From Anthoceros angustus (lineage: Eukaryota > Plantae > Anthocerotophyta), in assembly GCA_010909165.1 (NCBI GenBank), contig MU008177.1, forward strand, positions 806,001 to 870,000: 64,000 nt of DNA, read 5' to 3'. Made by a program: the position numbers and the translations under genes. Positions 27,019 to 38,926 of the stretch are shown piece after piece; position 1 is the stretch's first letter; each line of letters starts with the position of its first letter. The notes beneath the pieces were generated by a model. The model worked only from the letters and a program-made list of their open reading frames with translations, did not search any database and was not told where the DNA came from.

Positions 27019-29044
27019 ATGGCAGGAAGCTGCTCTGTCGCCGGTGGGAGCAGCAATAGTATGGCATTGTTCCCACTCGACAGCAGCGGAGCCTTGAGGG
27101 TGCATTCCGGGAAGATTGCAGTTTCCAGCGCCAGCGGGTCTTGGGGCGGTGGAGCGCTGGGCAGAGTGGTGAGACTGTCTGCCCGGCGTCATTTTGCAGC
27201 TCCTAGACATGGGTTCGGATTCAGAAGGTGTGGACTAGTTGTTCGAGCACACTTGGAGACCCAGGCGCCTGGCCCAGCTGCTGTGGTAGTCACCAAGGCC
27301 GAGCCTCCTAACTCAGTTGCTTCGGTGGTCACCAAGGAGGAGGAGAAACTGAGCCGAGGGACTCTTATCTGGAGGGCTGCCAAGCCTCCAATTTACTCAG
27401 TTGCTCTCATTCCCTGCTCGGTCGGTGATAGTTCCTTGATATGTATGACTCCCATCCCTGTGTTTCTCTTTGGATGACCCCATGCTAATTACCTGGAGGA
27501 GCAGGTTGCAGCAGCAGCCGCCTATGTGGAAACAGGAGAATTCCTCGGACCTCAGTATCTGCTCATGTTGCTGTCAGGAGGTCTCATCATTGCTTGGCTG
27601 AATTTAAGGTGTGACTAATATACAGGTTCATGTCTATGTCCATGGCATCAGCCCTTCTACAGGGTGAACTCACTCCGTGCACTTGGCTCCTGCAGCAACG
27701 ATGTCTTTGATTTCGAGGCAGGCATAGATGGAAACAAGAAGGAGTCCGTGGTCAACATGACAGGAAGGTCCATACTGCACCACATGCTTCGGTCTCGATT
27801 AACGACCTGTGCACTTGTGAAAATGAAGCCTGACAGGAGATCTGCTGCAGGTTGAAGGACGTGTATCTGGCTGGAAACGTTTGCCTGGCACTGGGTTTGG
27901 GAGGATTTTTGTGGGCAGCTCAACCAACAGGCAATCTGTGGATTCCAGCACTTGCAGCTGTGTCTGTTTCGTGTGGTTTTCTATACCAGGTTTGAGACCA
28001 TCTCATCTCCACTCCTCGCCCGGAAACCCAGCCCTCCTCACAGATGTTAACTTCAAAGCCGTGTGCTACATGGCAGGGGCCACCGTTCCGCTGGGGTCAC
28101 TTGGGGCTGGGAGAACCCCTGGTATTTGTTGCAGCAGGCCCTTGCATCACCACTGCTTTCTACCTCGGTTTCGCACCTGTCAGGTTTGTGAAAGCACCCA
28201 TATCTTCTGTTCACGGACCCTCTCAATTCGATGACCCACGTCTTTCTCAATCAGTAGCCTGCCTTGTAATGCAGTGGATCTTTACCTCTGTCTCTCACAA
28301 TAGCTGGGTGTTCCGTTCTGGTCGGCATAACAACCGGCCTCATCCTCTTGTGTAGCCACTTCCACCAGGTACTGTTTGATGCTTGCCAGCACACACTGTC
28401 CCTATTTCACTCGTGCTCCAATTTTGTAGTGACCGCCTTTTTGCTCGCACTGCCAGATAGAGGAGGACATAGCCGCCAACAAGCTTTCCCCCCTCGTAAG
28501 CCAGCCGGACGCAATCACCTGGAAGGTGTCTTGCTGCTCAATTCATGCTACATTTCCTGATTACTGCACTGTCGTAACAGGTTCGGTTGGGAACGTTGAA
28601 CGGATCAAGAGTTGTTGCTGCCGCAATCGTGGGAATGTACTCTACCGTGGCTGGGATGGTGGCTCTGAAGGCGCTTCCACTGTCCTGTGCTGTACGTTAT
28701 GAACTTCAGCTCCCTTGTCTTCCAGGTTGTGTATCTACTTTTCCCTTCCCTGACTCTGGAATTGTGGCCACGGTTCCCGCAGGTGACCTCGCTGCTGACG
28801 GTTCCAGTAGGGAAGCTGGTGATCGACTTTGTGACAGAAAATCATGCGGTAAGTTGGCTTAGAAATCTCATCTCCTTCCAGCGCTTCATCGCAGAATCGT
28901 AATCTGTTTTGCTGCAACCATGCACAGGACAAGGAAAAGATCTTCATGGCCAAGTACTTCGCTGTGAGGCTACATGTGGCGCATGGGATGGCTTTGGTCG
29001 CGGGATTGCTTCTTTCTGCATGGCTTCCTCTTCCAGACTTGTGA
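27019..29044 (+). CDS. menA: Plastid DHNA phytyltransferase (phylloquinone synthesis; MenA/ABC4), multi-exon
   Basis: Transit peptide, then LIWRAAKPPIYSVALIP, AWLNLSNDVFDFEAGIDGNKKESVVN, YQGPPFRWGHLGLGEPL, LCSHFHQIEED, SPLVRLG and IFMAKYFAVRLH; stop at 29042-29044. Confidence 0.93.
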
Positions 29045-29130
29045 TAGTCTACGTGAATTCGGCACTTCGCAATCCCAGCTGGGGGATGTATGTAGAAAAT
29101 TCTTTGTATATTCATGTGTGACTACAGGGG

Positions 29131-31445
29131 TCAAATGACAGTCACAACGCTCTTGGTCACGACGTTCTTGCCGAAGCTTCCAGTCGGGCTGCCTGTAGGC
29201 CCGTTCTTACCGAAGTACGGAGCCATGTCCCCTGTTTCTAGAACTACCTCCAGACTTTTATCACCGCGCCAGATTACTAGATGCAATGCCTGCCCGACGG
29301 CTGATGCTTCAACCAGTCTCTGTAGTTGGACGCTGCTGGACATATCCACTCCATCGACTCGAACAATAACATCCCCGGATCTCAGACCCGCAATGGCAGC
29401 TGGCGAATCTGGAGACACCTACACAGAAAACAAATGTCAGCCTGCGTTTCAGCACTGGCTGTGCTGAGAGTGTGGTTACCCTCTACCTTCACAATCAGGA
29501 CACCCTGAGCTTCTGTTATTGGGACTCCTGTGTTCGGGTCAGCGTTGTAGTGCCTTGCGAGGTCTACAGATAATGTGGCCTGTACACCGAGGACACAATA
29601 CACCGATGTGAGTGAGGAGACAAAGGAATTAGAGACTAAAAGATTATGAATGGCTCACCATCTGAATTCCAAGAAAGGGGTGCTCAACCGGCTTCCCTTG
29701 GCCTAGAGCTTCCATGATCTTTCTTGCCTGCATATCTCCAACAAGACCTTGATAAGATTCAACATATCAAGCACCATGATATCAATAATGTAGATAGCAG
29801 TACCTTATTGATAGGGATCGCAAAGGATATGCCCTCAGCATCTGCTCGAATTGCTGTATTGATCCCAATGACCTGTGCGAACACGTTGTTTGAGGAACAG
29901 AAAATTAATGACATCTTCTCTGTAGGTGTCGACAAATCATATGCATGTGTCAGCCTGACCTCCCCAAACTCGTTGACAAGTGGTCCCCCTGAATTCCCTG
30001 GGTTGATAGCACAGTCTGTTTGAAGGAAGTCCAACCTTTTATCAGGTATGCCCACCTGAAAGCAGAAGGAGCCTGTTAAGTCCGGCCAGCTAACCTGCAA
30101 ATGGTATGCTTCTGACAGACAAACCTCTGCAGCTGTGCGGTGAAGGTTACTGATTATGCCTAGGCTAACTGTGTTGTCAAGCCCAAAGGGGTTCCCGACC
30201 TGCGCCCATTTCAGTCATCAGGAGAGTTGATGTAAGCCACCACATTTCACCAGACAAGAACAGTTTGCTAAGTGGAAGTAGTAGTTGTTTTGTCTACAGC
30301 GACACACTCAAAACGTTTACCGCAATGACCCAGTCACCAAGCTCCACAGTGCGACTGTCACCAAGGAGAGCAGTAGGAAGAATATCACCTTCAGCATGTG
30401 GAACCTGCATTGCAATTCAAAATTACATCATAAGGACAGGCGGATTTGCTTCTGACAGAACAACCACCCGCTGTACAAAGAAAACTGACCTTGATGAGAG
30501 CTATATCTGTGATGTCATCTGTACCTGCCACCTCACCTTCAAAACTTCTGCCATCAGTGAATGTGACCTATAAAACAAAGGTCCTGCAAGTTAAAGGGTG
30601 AGAAGTATCCAGAAAGATTTCAGAATCAACTGTGGCCATGCCGGATGCCTGTATATACCTTCACTCTATCTGCACCCTTCACAACGTGAGCATTTGTTAC
30701 AATCATCCCTTGATGACCATCAAATACGAATCCACTCCCTCTGCAATCAAAGCCACCCGATTTCAAAGCCTTAGCAGAACTTTTGGATCAGATAACGGTT
30801 GAGGAAACAGATGGACTGCAGGGTAGCGTCAGCTTCTGACTGGCCACGCTCTCGTCGAAACTTGCGGGGAACCTGAAGCTCAGTCTCCCCAAACCATTGC
30901 CGGAAAAGGTGATCACGGTTTTCTACCACTTCCTGCTCTCCAGTAGGAAAGTCCCTGATGATAGTTTAGGCATATGGGCTCAGCTGAATTGGAAGACTTC
31001 CCTATGCCAAAAGAAGTGATCTTGCAGGAAACACCAGAGAAAGCATCAGAAACATTACTAACCTTTCGGTGTCAAGACGCACCACTGCAGGTCCCACCTT
31101 GTTAGCAGCAGTTTTAACAAAGGAATTACTTTTCCTCCTACGGCCTGGTCCAATTCCTACAAAGGAAACACTAGAGTGGGGCTTCTCTTCAATTCCTACA
31201 AGACCACGTTTCTCCAGCTCACAGGGCATCGTTGACCTAGACATGGGAACTCTCCTCTGTGCACCTTTCATCTCACTATTGGCACTCTCCCTAATTAACC
31301 TGCTGGTATCCCCTATTGGACTAAGCGGGACTACAAGTAGACGACTATATCTCCCTTCAGAGAAAATGATGTCCGAAGAGGAGTGATTCAACTGTTCTAC
31401 AGCCAAGGAGGGTGAAGCACCAGGTGAACTACCAGCAGTAATCAT
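29131..31445 (-). CDS. Deg/HtrA serine protease with one PDZ domain, cyanobacterial HhoA-like; start uncertain (5' exons may reach about 32.2 kb)
   Basis: [34 protein letters not shown] (His), TDIALIK (Asp), [31 protein letters not shown] (Ser), and [11 protein letters not shown]...[14 protein letters not shown]. Confidence 0.9.
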
Positions 31446-32763
31446 AGCCCCCGAAGCCCCATAGACACAGCACAGCACGAAGTATATACAGTTGCACAAC
31501 TTTTTCAAGACAATCATCTTCAATAGGTCCACCAACGATGGACAATTTGGATAAGTTATGGAACAGTTCAATCTCCCGGCACAGCTCACTCCAGCTGCAA
31601 AAATATAAGCGGCGTCAGACGCTAAGTCTAAAACAGCCTCAGAATCAGCGCCTGTACAGAACGGCTGCAACGAGCTTAGGGCCATGCTCATCTCACCCTG
31701 ATGGGACGTTTGTCGGAGACCAGATAAGGATTTGCACATGAATTGTTCCGTGCCCGTCGGATTGTTGCACCTTTGCCTGAAAAATGAGCCGAAACAGAGT
31801 CCATGACTACCGAAGATCTAAACCTTGCGATGCAATCTAAGCTGAACTGGAAAAATTACCTCACGAATTGAGGCCATTCTCTGCGTCCTACTACTAGCCC
31901 TGACGTGCGAAATGCATGCCAGGATAAATTGGCCTTGCAAGGAAGCAAGCACAAGCTTGAGGCAACCAGCTCGGTTGACGCTTGCGCGATCCTCCAGCAC
32001 TCCAAGCGCAAAGTCATGCTTTCCCCTTGAGCAAGATAGGCCAACTTTACGCTGTGAAGCAGTGATCATGCCTTCCTCCTTCCTTGGGGAAGAAGGTTCT
32101 GGTGGTCCTCTCTTGCACACAATAATTCTCATCGTGGGAATTTTCAAGCGTAGAAAGATTGATTCCTTGGCCTGTGACGTGACTGGTTGGAGCAAGCGCT
32201 GTGGAGCTTTTACACAATGAGCCAAGCTCAGCAAAGATTGCCTGCTATCTCGAGAGATATTTTATCAACAAGTTCAACATCCAACCATCCGCAACAATTT
32301 TGTTGTGGGAGAGCACTGAATTCAGTGCAATCACTACGTGGCTCAATCCTGCTCACATTTTCTACATGCAGATACCATGCATGGTTGATTTAACTCAAGC
32401 CAAAGGCCTCTCTAAAGCTTTTCGTCCCCAGCCCTCAGCAATCCCAACCATCTAAGATGCAAAGAAGGTTGCACCAACAGTACAAAGAGAAGGAAGAGAA
32501 AAGGGATGTAATTGGGTCTATACAAAGTTAACATCTGCAAAGCATCTCGCAGCTTTTGCATCTGTTGGACTTACCAGTACCAGACAGTTTGGGTGCTAGT
32601 AAAAAGGTGATGACTGCTGCCCCCTCCTGCGCAATCCTCAGCCACGGACAACTTCACGACACGATGCATAAAGCGCAAACCAACTGAGCCAATGTGTGCC
32701 ACTGGCGCTTCTTCACAATCTGAAAGTAGATTCCTAGCTACTAGCCAGCTTGAGGTCATGCTG

Positions 32764-33918
32764 TTAGAAATAGATCTGCCTACACTGCACTTGTGTCGTC
32801 TCCAGCGGACAATAGGGGCACTTGAATGTTCTAGAATTGCCCTTAGCAAGCTTCTGGATGGACTGCTTGCAGAGGACATGGCCGCAAGGCATAAGCATGG
32901 GAGGGTTTTCAGCTGTGCTCTGCTCCCTAGACACTGGGCAAGCAAATATCGAATGAAACTGAAACTCCTTGTCAAGCTCTATTTCTACTGGAAGCTGCTT
33001 CATCGCTAGCCACTCATGCTTCTTCTTTGCCATGACTGAGGCCAGCTTGAGAAGCGTGGGCAGAGCCTGAGAGCCTGCAGTTATGACCACGTGAAGGGGG
33101 CTCTCGTATGCCTGCCCTAGGAGACTACAGCACTCCCTGGTGAACTCCAGAGCCACAGCATCCCAATGAGCCGCAGCAAGCAAGTCCGAATACGGCGAGG
33201 ATTCAAGCCTGCCGGCAAACAGCAGGCAACCCATGAGCCTCTGTATATCTAACATGTGCTGTGAGGCGAACAGTTCAAAGCAGCTCCGGCCATACTTGAG
33301 GGCCGCTGCGCGTCCACTCGTGTGGAGCACATGCACGAACTGCAGCTGGTGCAGCTTAAACTCCAGCGACGATCCTTTCTTGTGCAAATCCTCTGTGTGC
33401 GCCCTAGCCCACCCAAGAGCGGCCTCCAGATTCCTGTTCTTCATCTGCTCCAGAACCTGATACATCTCATAGAAAGGTGCTTTAAGAGCCAAGGCATCCT
33501 GTTGCTGCGTTTCCTGGACAAAGCAGTCCCCCAGATCAAACAGACCCTGCCTGTAAAAATGGAGAGCCACTATCTTGTTGATGACATTGCTGTCAAAATC
33601 GATTTCCCTGTAAGCCTTGGAAATGTCCAGGTTGAACACCTTGTCAAGCACTTTCCCATACTTGCTGACAGCCAGATTCACCTCTTTCTGCGAAGCCGCA
33701 AGCTGGTTGGCAGGTCCCAGTTCCGTCAGTCTGGCCTGAAGCTCAACCAGGTAAGGCCTGCAATCTGTCTGCTGATTTTCCACCGTCTCCAGCAGCTGCT
33801 TGGCTGTGTGCTCAATCTCCTGAATCATCCTGTCTAAGACATCGTGAGTCTTGGTATTCGACAGCTTCTGCTTCTTCGAAACCCGCTCGAATGCATCACG
33901 GATGGAAGATAAATCCAT
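32764..33918 (-). CDS. RMND5: RMND5/GID2-like CTLH E3 ligase subunit (LisH-CTLH-CRA-RING), single-exon CDS
   Basis: HFYRQGLFDLGDCF (LisH), LEFKLHQLQF, and FHSIFACPVSREQSTAENPPMLMPCGHVLC...FKCPYCP (degenerate RING). Confidence 0.93.
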   Translation of the reverse strand: MDLSSIRDAFERVSKKQKLSNTKTHDVLDRMIQEIEHTAKQLLETVENQQTDCRPYLVELQARLTELGPANQLAASQKEVNLAVSKYGKVLDKVFNLDISKAYREIDFDSNVINKIVALHFYRQGLFDLGDCFVQETQQQDALALKAPFYEMYQVLEQMKNRNLEAALGWARAHTEDLHKKGSSLEFKLHQLQFVHVLHTSGRAAALKYGRSCFELFASQHMLDIQRLMGCLLFAGRLESSPYSDLLAAAHWDAVALEFTRECCSLLGQAYESPLHVVITAGSQALPTLLKLASVMAKKKHEWLAMKQLPVEIELDKEFQFHSIFACPVSREQSTAENPPMLMPCGHVLCKQSIQKLAKGNSRTFKCPYCPLETTQVQCRQIYF

Positions 33919-35498
33919 CCCACCCCACGTGCCTGCACCTGGTCACCCCAAACCTGCCCAAGAAGGAGGCCCAATTCGCCTGAGACAGTTTATGCTTCTT
34001 TCACGCCCGCTCAAATGCATCAGCAACGGAAGATACACCCATCCTACCTCAAAACCAGCCCGACACTGAAATTCAATTTGCCTGAGACTGGTGAGTGCCT
34101 TTTCATGCAACAATTCAGCCATGCCCTGTGGATACCTTCCTGCTTCTACCCTCCAGCAGTGATCCCACCCAGTTGCACGCATCCACGCCCCTCAAAAAGG
34201 TCGTCCTCGCAGACCATTGCCTGAGTCTGAGCCTGAGCCTCGAAACAAAGAAGATCAGGATTTCAACAGGCGGCACCTGAGGCTTCGCAGGCACATACCC
34301 ACAACACCACTGCCAAGATTCAGCAGACGCCACGCTCTACACCCCATCAATCCCAGGCAGTTACACAGCCTCTCCAAACCCTGAATTCATCTGTGGCCCA
34401 AGCAAAGGATAACACAAGCCAACACAGCCAATGACATCACCAACACCACACAATCTCCACCATATCCCAGGAAGAACTGCATCACACAATCCAGCAGGGT
34501 TCCCTAGCAAGCAACAGGGAAGCTTCGTCTCACCAGGCCCTCCACAGTGAGATGCGGCAGCCACTGCTACCCAGCCGCCTTCCCTTGCTCCCCAATCCAG
34601 CCTCAAGTGCAGCTGCACGCCCGCTGGAGGATTCCGGGCAAAGGCTGGTCTCCTCAGCTTTGACGCCACAAATTCATGCACGCTTACATGGACTTGGCCC
34701 TCGACTAGGGTTAAGAAGAGCCGTATGAAGATGGCCTGTATGTAACCAGATTCCAACCAAGCACTTCGGCCGCACATATAGTCAAGCCCATTAGTCTTGC
34801 CACCACTTGGATTCTTCAGGATTTCTAGCGCGCAATATCGAATTATGTAATGCAATCAATAGCTACATCATATTTTGAAATCCTGCCACGAGTCGGCTCG
34901 TCTTCACAAAATTTGCTACTCGCTGCCAATTCGCTCTCAACTCAACGCCTATTAGCGTTCCATTCCCTGCAGCGCTCGCCGCCTTTCGCAAGCACAAGCG
35001 CATTGATGCGTACAAATTTCACGGCACTCTACAATTTCTCAATCACGATCTCATGCGCAAAAGCAATTGCTGCTCTTCTCCCGTCATCCTGCGCACATGG
35101 ATCGAAGAGCTAGGAACTTGATCTGCAATCTCAGAAGAATTGGTCACCAGAACAACAGCTGCCTCTAGCCAGAAGATCCTGATGGCAGCCGCATGTGAGG
35201 GCACGATCTGCGAGCGTCGCATTCAGGTTCTGGCTATCAATTTCGATCTAGAGTAGGTGAAAACGTTAGTGAGATCAGCCGCTGTTCGCAGCAGGGCTTC
35301 AATTGCCAGCAACCTCGAGTGAAGGAGGAGGAGGCGGCCATGGAACGGTTTTGATGATCATCGGTTTCTGCAGAGAACCGTGAGAGACATCCGGAGCAGC
35401 CATTCCTTTTTCTCACAGCCAAAGCATTTGCAACACACACGTTGTCGACAAGGAAGCACAGGTGTACGAAGGCAATGCATCGTCTTTGGATACAATTG

Positions 35499-38400
35499 CT
35501 ATGTATGTTGTATTCTGTAATCAGACTTGCGACATGAGGCATCTTCCTCCACTCCCATCAAACATTGTACATTGGGAGCATTCCCTGCCTTCTTCAGCTC
35601 CGAAGTTAGAACTTGTAGTAATTCATACAACAAAGCTTGGTGTTCATGCCTGCAGTCTCTCACCAGAAAAGTATGAATCTCTTGATCGTGCTCGATCCAG
35701 CTCTTGCCAGGCTCCTTCCATGCACCTGCTCGTTGTCTCAAGTCCTCGATCTCCTTCGCAGATTCCCACATGTCGGCATCGGCATAGATGTTTGTCATCA
35801 GCGAATATGCTGCAGCTTGTTCAGCCTTGGACTCTACTGCACAATTGAAGGCTCGCCTTCCCAGCGTCACGTTCCCGTGTGTTCGGCAAGCGGCAAGCAA
35901 ACACAACCATACTTTCGACGTAGGCTGCATAGGCATTTCCAGAATTAAACATTCTGCTCTGTCGAAGATTCCTGCACGAGCAAAGAGGTCCACCATACAG
36001 GCATAATGCTCCAGATCTGGGTAAATCGCATGATCTCTAGTCATGCTTTCAAAATAAAACTGTCCTTGCTCCACCATGCCAGCATGACTGCAAGCGCACA
36101 GGAGTGCCGTAAACGTTATTCTATCTGGTTTCATGCCTGAGAGGCACATTTCTTCATATATTTGCACACTCTTCATACAGTCTCCTTGGCGAGCATACCC
36201 AGCCAGAAGTGCAGTCCATGACACCACGTTGGGCTGCAATACTGAGTTAAACACAAGTTGAGCGTCCACCATACTTCCACATCTTCCGTATGCATGGATC
36301 AGATTATTTGCCACTGAGAGACTGTACTGTAGTCTGCTGTCTGTTATAATCCGATGAGCTTGCCGGCACTTATTCAAAGCTCCAGTACTGCTGCATGCTT
36401 CCAGCACGGAGAGCAATGTAGCCTCATTCGACTCCACGCCTTTTGCTTGCATTTGTTCGTAAACCTGCAAGGCCTTTTCTCCTTGTTCTTGCCAAGCATA
36501 TGCTGCAATCATCGTGTTCCACAAAGGTACATCCGGGTGGACAACTCCATCAAATACCTGTTTCGCATTCGCTATGTTTCCACACTGTGCATACATACTG
36601 ACCAAAGCACTGGAAACAGACAAATCTGAATCATAACCCAAGAGAGAGGCTTGGGCATGAATTTCCTGCCCGTTCCGCAGAGCCTCCATTTTCACCTTGC
36701 TACCAGGAACTGATGACCCTTCATCGGTTCCGGCAAGGATGCCACATGCTTGAAGTGCACCAATCAAAGTCCATGCATCGGGTGTGAACCCCTCCTGGAG
36801 CATTTGACTAAAGATTTGCAAGCACTTTTCTCCCCGTTGTTGCTCAGCATATGCTGCGATCATGGCATTCCATGACACAACATCACAGTGAGATGATTTG
36901 TCAAACATGTCCTGTGCATCTCTCACGGATCCACACTTTGCATACATACTGACCAGAGTGCTGGCAACAAATTTGTTAGTGTCGAACCCCCTTTCGACAG
37001 CTTCTGCATGCAGTTGCTTGCCCTTCCGCAGGGACTCAAGTTTGACTTCCTGCCCCTGCAAAAACGTACTTTCCTCATTTTCTGAAAGAGAACTGCATGC
37101 TTGGAGGGCGCTGACGAAGGTCCAAGCATCTGGTTCCATGGCTGCCATGAGCATTCGCCTGTATGTCAGCCATGCTTGTTCTCCTTGGCCCTGATGAGTG
37201 TAAGCTGCAATCATCGAATTCCACGACACCAAGTCTTTGTGGGACAATATGGCAAAAACATGTTCTGCGTCCTTCATGCACCCACACTTGGCATAAACAC
37301 GAAACAGAGTGCTTACGACCAACACATCAGACCCATAACCTAGCCGTGCCACTTGCATGTGTATATCCTTTCCCTTCTGCAAGGACGCCAGTTTGACAAC
37401 ATCACCACAAACAAGTGCTCCATCCTCCTCTTCTGCGAGGGTGCCAATTGCTTGAAGCACACTTACCAAGGTCCAGGAATTTGGCAAGATACCTTCCTCC
37501 TGCATCTTGGCGTACATCTGCAAAGCCTTCTCTCCTTGATGATGATGAACATATGCAGTAATCATTGCAGTCCACGAAACAACATTCCTCTGAGACAGAT
37601 GACCAAACACCTGTTCCGCAAGGGCAATGCTCCCACACTTAGCATACATACTCACCAAGGTGTTGCATACGGACATGTCAGAATCCAAACCCCAGAGCAC
37701 AGCTTCAGCATGTATTCCCCTCCCTTTCCCCAAGGCCCCTGACTTCACATACTGCCCATCCACAAGAACCCCTTCCTCCTGCTCTGCAAGCGCACCACAC
37801 GCTTGAAGCGCACTGACGAATGTCTGAGCATTCAGCCTGACACCTTCCGCCTTCATGGCTGCATAAAACTGCAACGTCCTCTCTCCTTCACCCTCCTGAG
37901 CATACGCCGCGAGCATCACATTCCATGACACAACATCGCGATGAGTTAGTCGGTCAAACACCTGCTGTGCATCAACGAGGCTCCCACACTTTGCATACAT
38001 GCTCATGACAGTACTAGCAACATAAGTGTGCGACCCGAAACCACGTCTCACAGCATCAGCATGAATCCGCTTACCCTCATTCAGGTCCCTCAGCCTGCTG
38101 CAAACCTTGAGCACGCTAACAAAAGTATACTCATTCGGCTCCACACCTTCCTGCTGCATCTGCTCATAACATACCAGAGCCTCCCGAAACTGCCAAGCAT
38201 CGCTATACCCTGAAATGACGGCCGTCCAAGAGAAAACCGTCCGATGCACCAACCTTGGAAACAGAGAGAGCCCATCAGCAAAGCCCCCACATTTGATGAG
38301 CGTAGTAACCACAAGGTCACCCAGAAACCTGTGAGACTCCAGCCCATCCTCAGCCAGACGAGCATGCACCAACTTAGCCTGAGCAAAATCCTTCTTTTTA

Positions 38401-38672
38401 CTGCAATCCTGCAACAGAGTTGCATACATGCGCACGGAAGGCACACTCCCTCCACCATCCACACTCTCCTTCCTGGAAACTTCCCCCAGCTCCCCAAACT
38501 GCGTCTCCTTCTGCGAGCCTGCCTTGCAGTCCCAACACATGGCGGCATCCGGGGAGGAGTCATGCCGAAGAAAATTCTCCACACTTCCTCCTCCTGCTCT
38601 CGTCAATGGCAAGCCTCCCTGGCAAAGCATAGCAAAGAAAATTTCAGCACCAATCTCGACCAAAGACAACAT
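35499..38672 (-). CDS. PLS-class PPR protein, E+ type with LL (elongated L) motifs; organellar RNA-editing specificity factor
   Basis: Intronless 1057-aa ORF of P-L-S triplets (MYAKCG...VVSWN.MI..Y), E1/E2 motifs and PG box PGKSWIE. It ends before any HxE/CxxC deaminase motif. Confidence 0.93.
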   Translation of the reverse strand: MLSLVEIGAEIFFAMLCQGGLPLTRAGGGSVENFLRHDSSPDAAMCWDCKAGSQKETQFGELGEVSRKESVDGGGSVPSVRMYATLLQDCSKKKDFAQAKLVHARLAEDGLESHRFLGDLVVTTLIKCGGFADGLSLFPRLVHRTVFSWTAVISGYSDAWQFREALVCYEQMQQEGVEPNEYTFVSVLKVCSRLRDLNEGKRIHADAVRRGFGSHTYVASTVMSMYAKCGSLVDAQQVFDRLTHRDVVSWNVMLAAYAQEGEGERTLQFYAAMKAEGVRLNAQTFVSALQACGALAEQEEGVLVDGQYVKSGALGKGRGIHAEAVLWGLDSDMSVCNTLVSMYAKCGSIALAEQVFGHLSQRNVVSWTAMITAYVHHHQGEKALQMYAKMQEEGILPNSWTLVSVLQAIGTLAEEEDGALVCGDVVKLASLQKGKDIHMQVARLGYGSDVLVVSTLFRVYAKCGCMKDAEHVFAILSHKDLVSWNSMIAAYTHQGQGEQAWLTYRRMLMAAMEPDAWTFVSALQACSSLSENEESTFLQGQEVKLESLRKGKQLHAEAVERGFDTNKFVASTLVSMYAKCGSVRDAQDMFDKSSHCDVVSWNAMIAAYAEQQRGEKCLQIFSQMLQEGFTPDAWTLIGALQACGILAGTDEGSSVPGSKVKMEALRNGQEIHAQASLLGYDSDLSVSSALVSMYAQCGNIANAKQVFDGVVHPDVPLWNTMIAAYAWQEQGEKALQVYEQMQAKGVESNEATLLSVLEACSSTGALNKCRQAHRIITDSRLQYSLSVANNLIHAYGRCGSMVDAQLVFNSVLQPNVVSWTALLAGYARQGDCMKSVQIYEEMCLSGMKPDRITFTALLCACSHAGMVEQGQFYFESMTRDHAIYPDLEHYACMVDLFARAGIFDRAECLILEMPMQPTSKVWLCLLAACRTHGNVTLGRRAFNCAVESKAEQAAAYSLMTNIYADADMWESAKEIEDLRQRAGAWKEPGKSWIEHDQEIHTFLVRDCRHEHQALLYELLQVLTSELKKAGNAPNVQCLMGVEEDASCRKSDYRIQHT

Positions 38673-38926
38673 ACTCGGGCCGAAACAAAGCCACCGAAAA
38701 TCGCCACACCTCCAGAACTAGCAGCCCCATGCTGCCTCGGAGCATCCAACTTCGTTCCCGAGCGGTTCAATCCAGTCCACAGGCGTCGCATGGTGAGTTC
38801 ATCTCCTGGACTGAAATCCCGGGTCCCAGGGAACGCACCCACATCCACCAACCAGGTTCCATTGCCAAGGTAGAGATGCGGAGGGAAACGGAAACGCTTC
38901 CGATCCGGAAGTTGGGATGCAAATAT

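Noticed and set aside
30841-30960. Apparent frameshift in a Deg protease exon
   Set aside because: On careful re-reading the frame is continuous ([20 protein letters not shown]).
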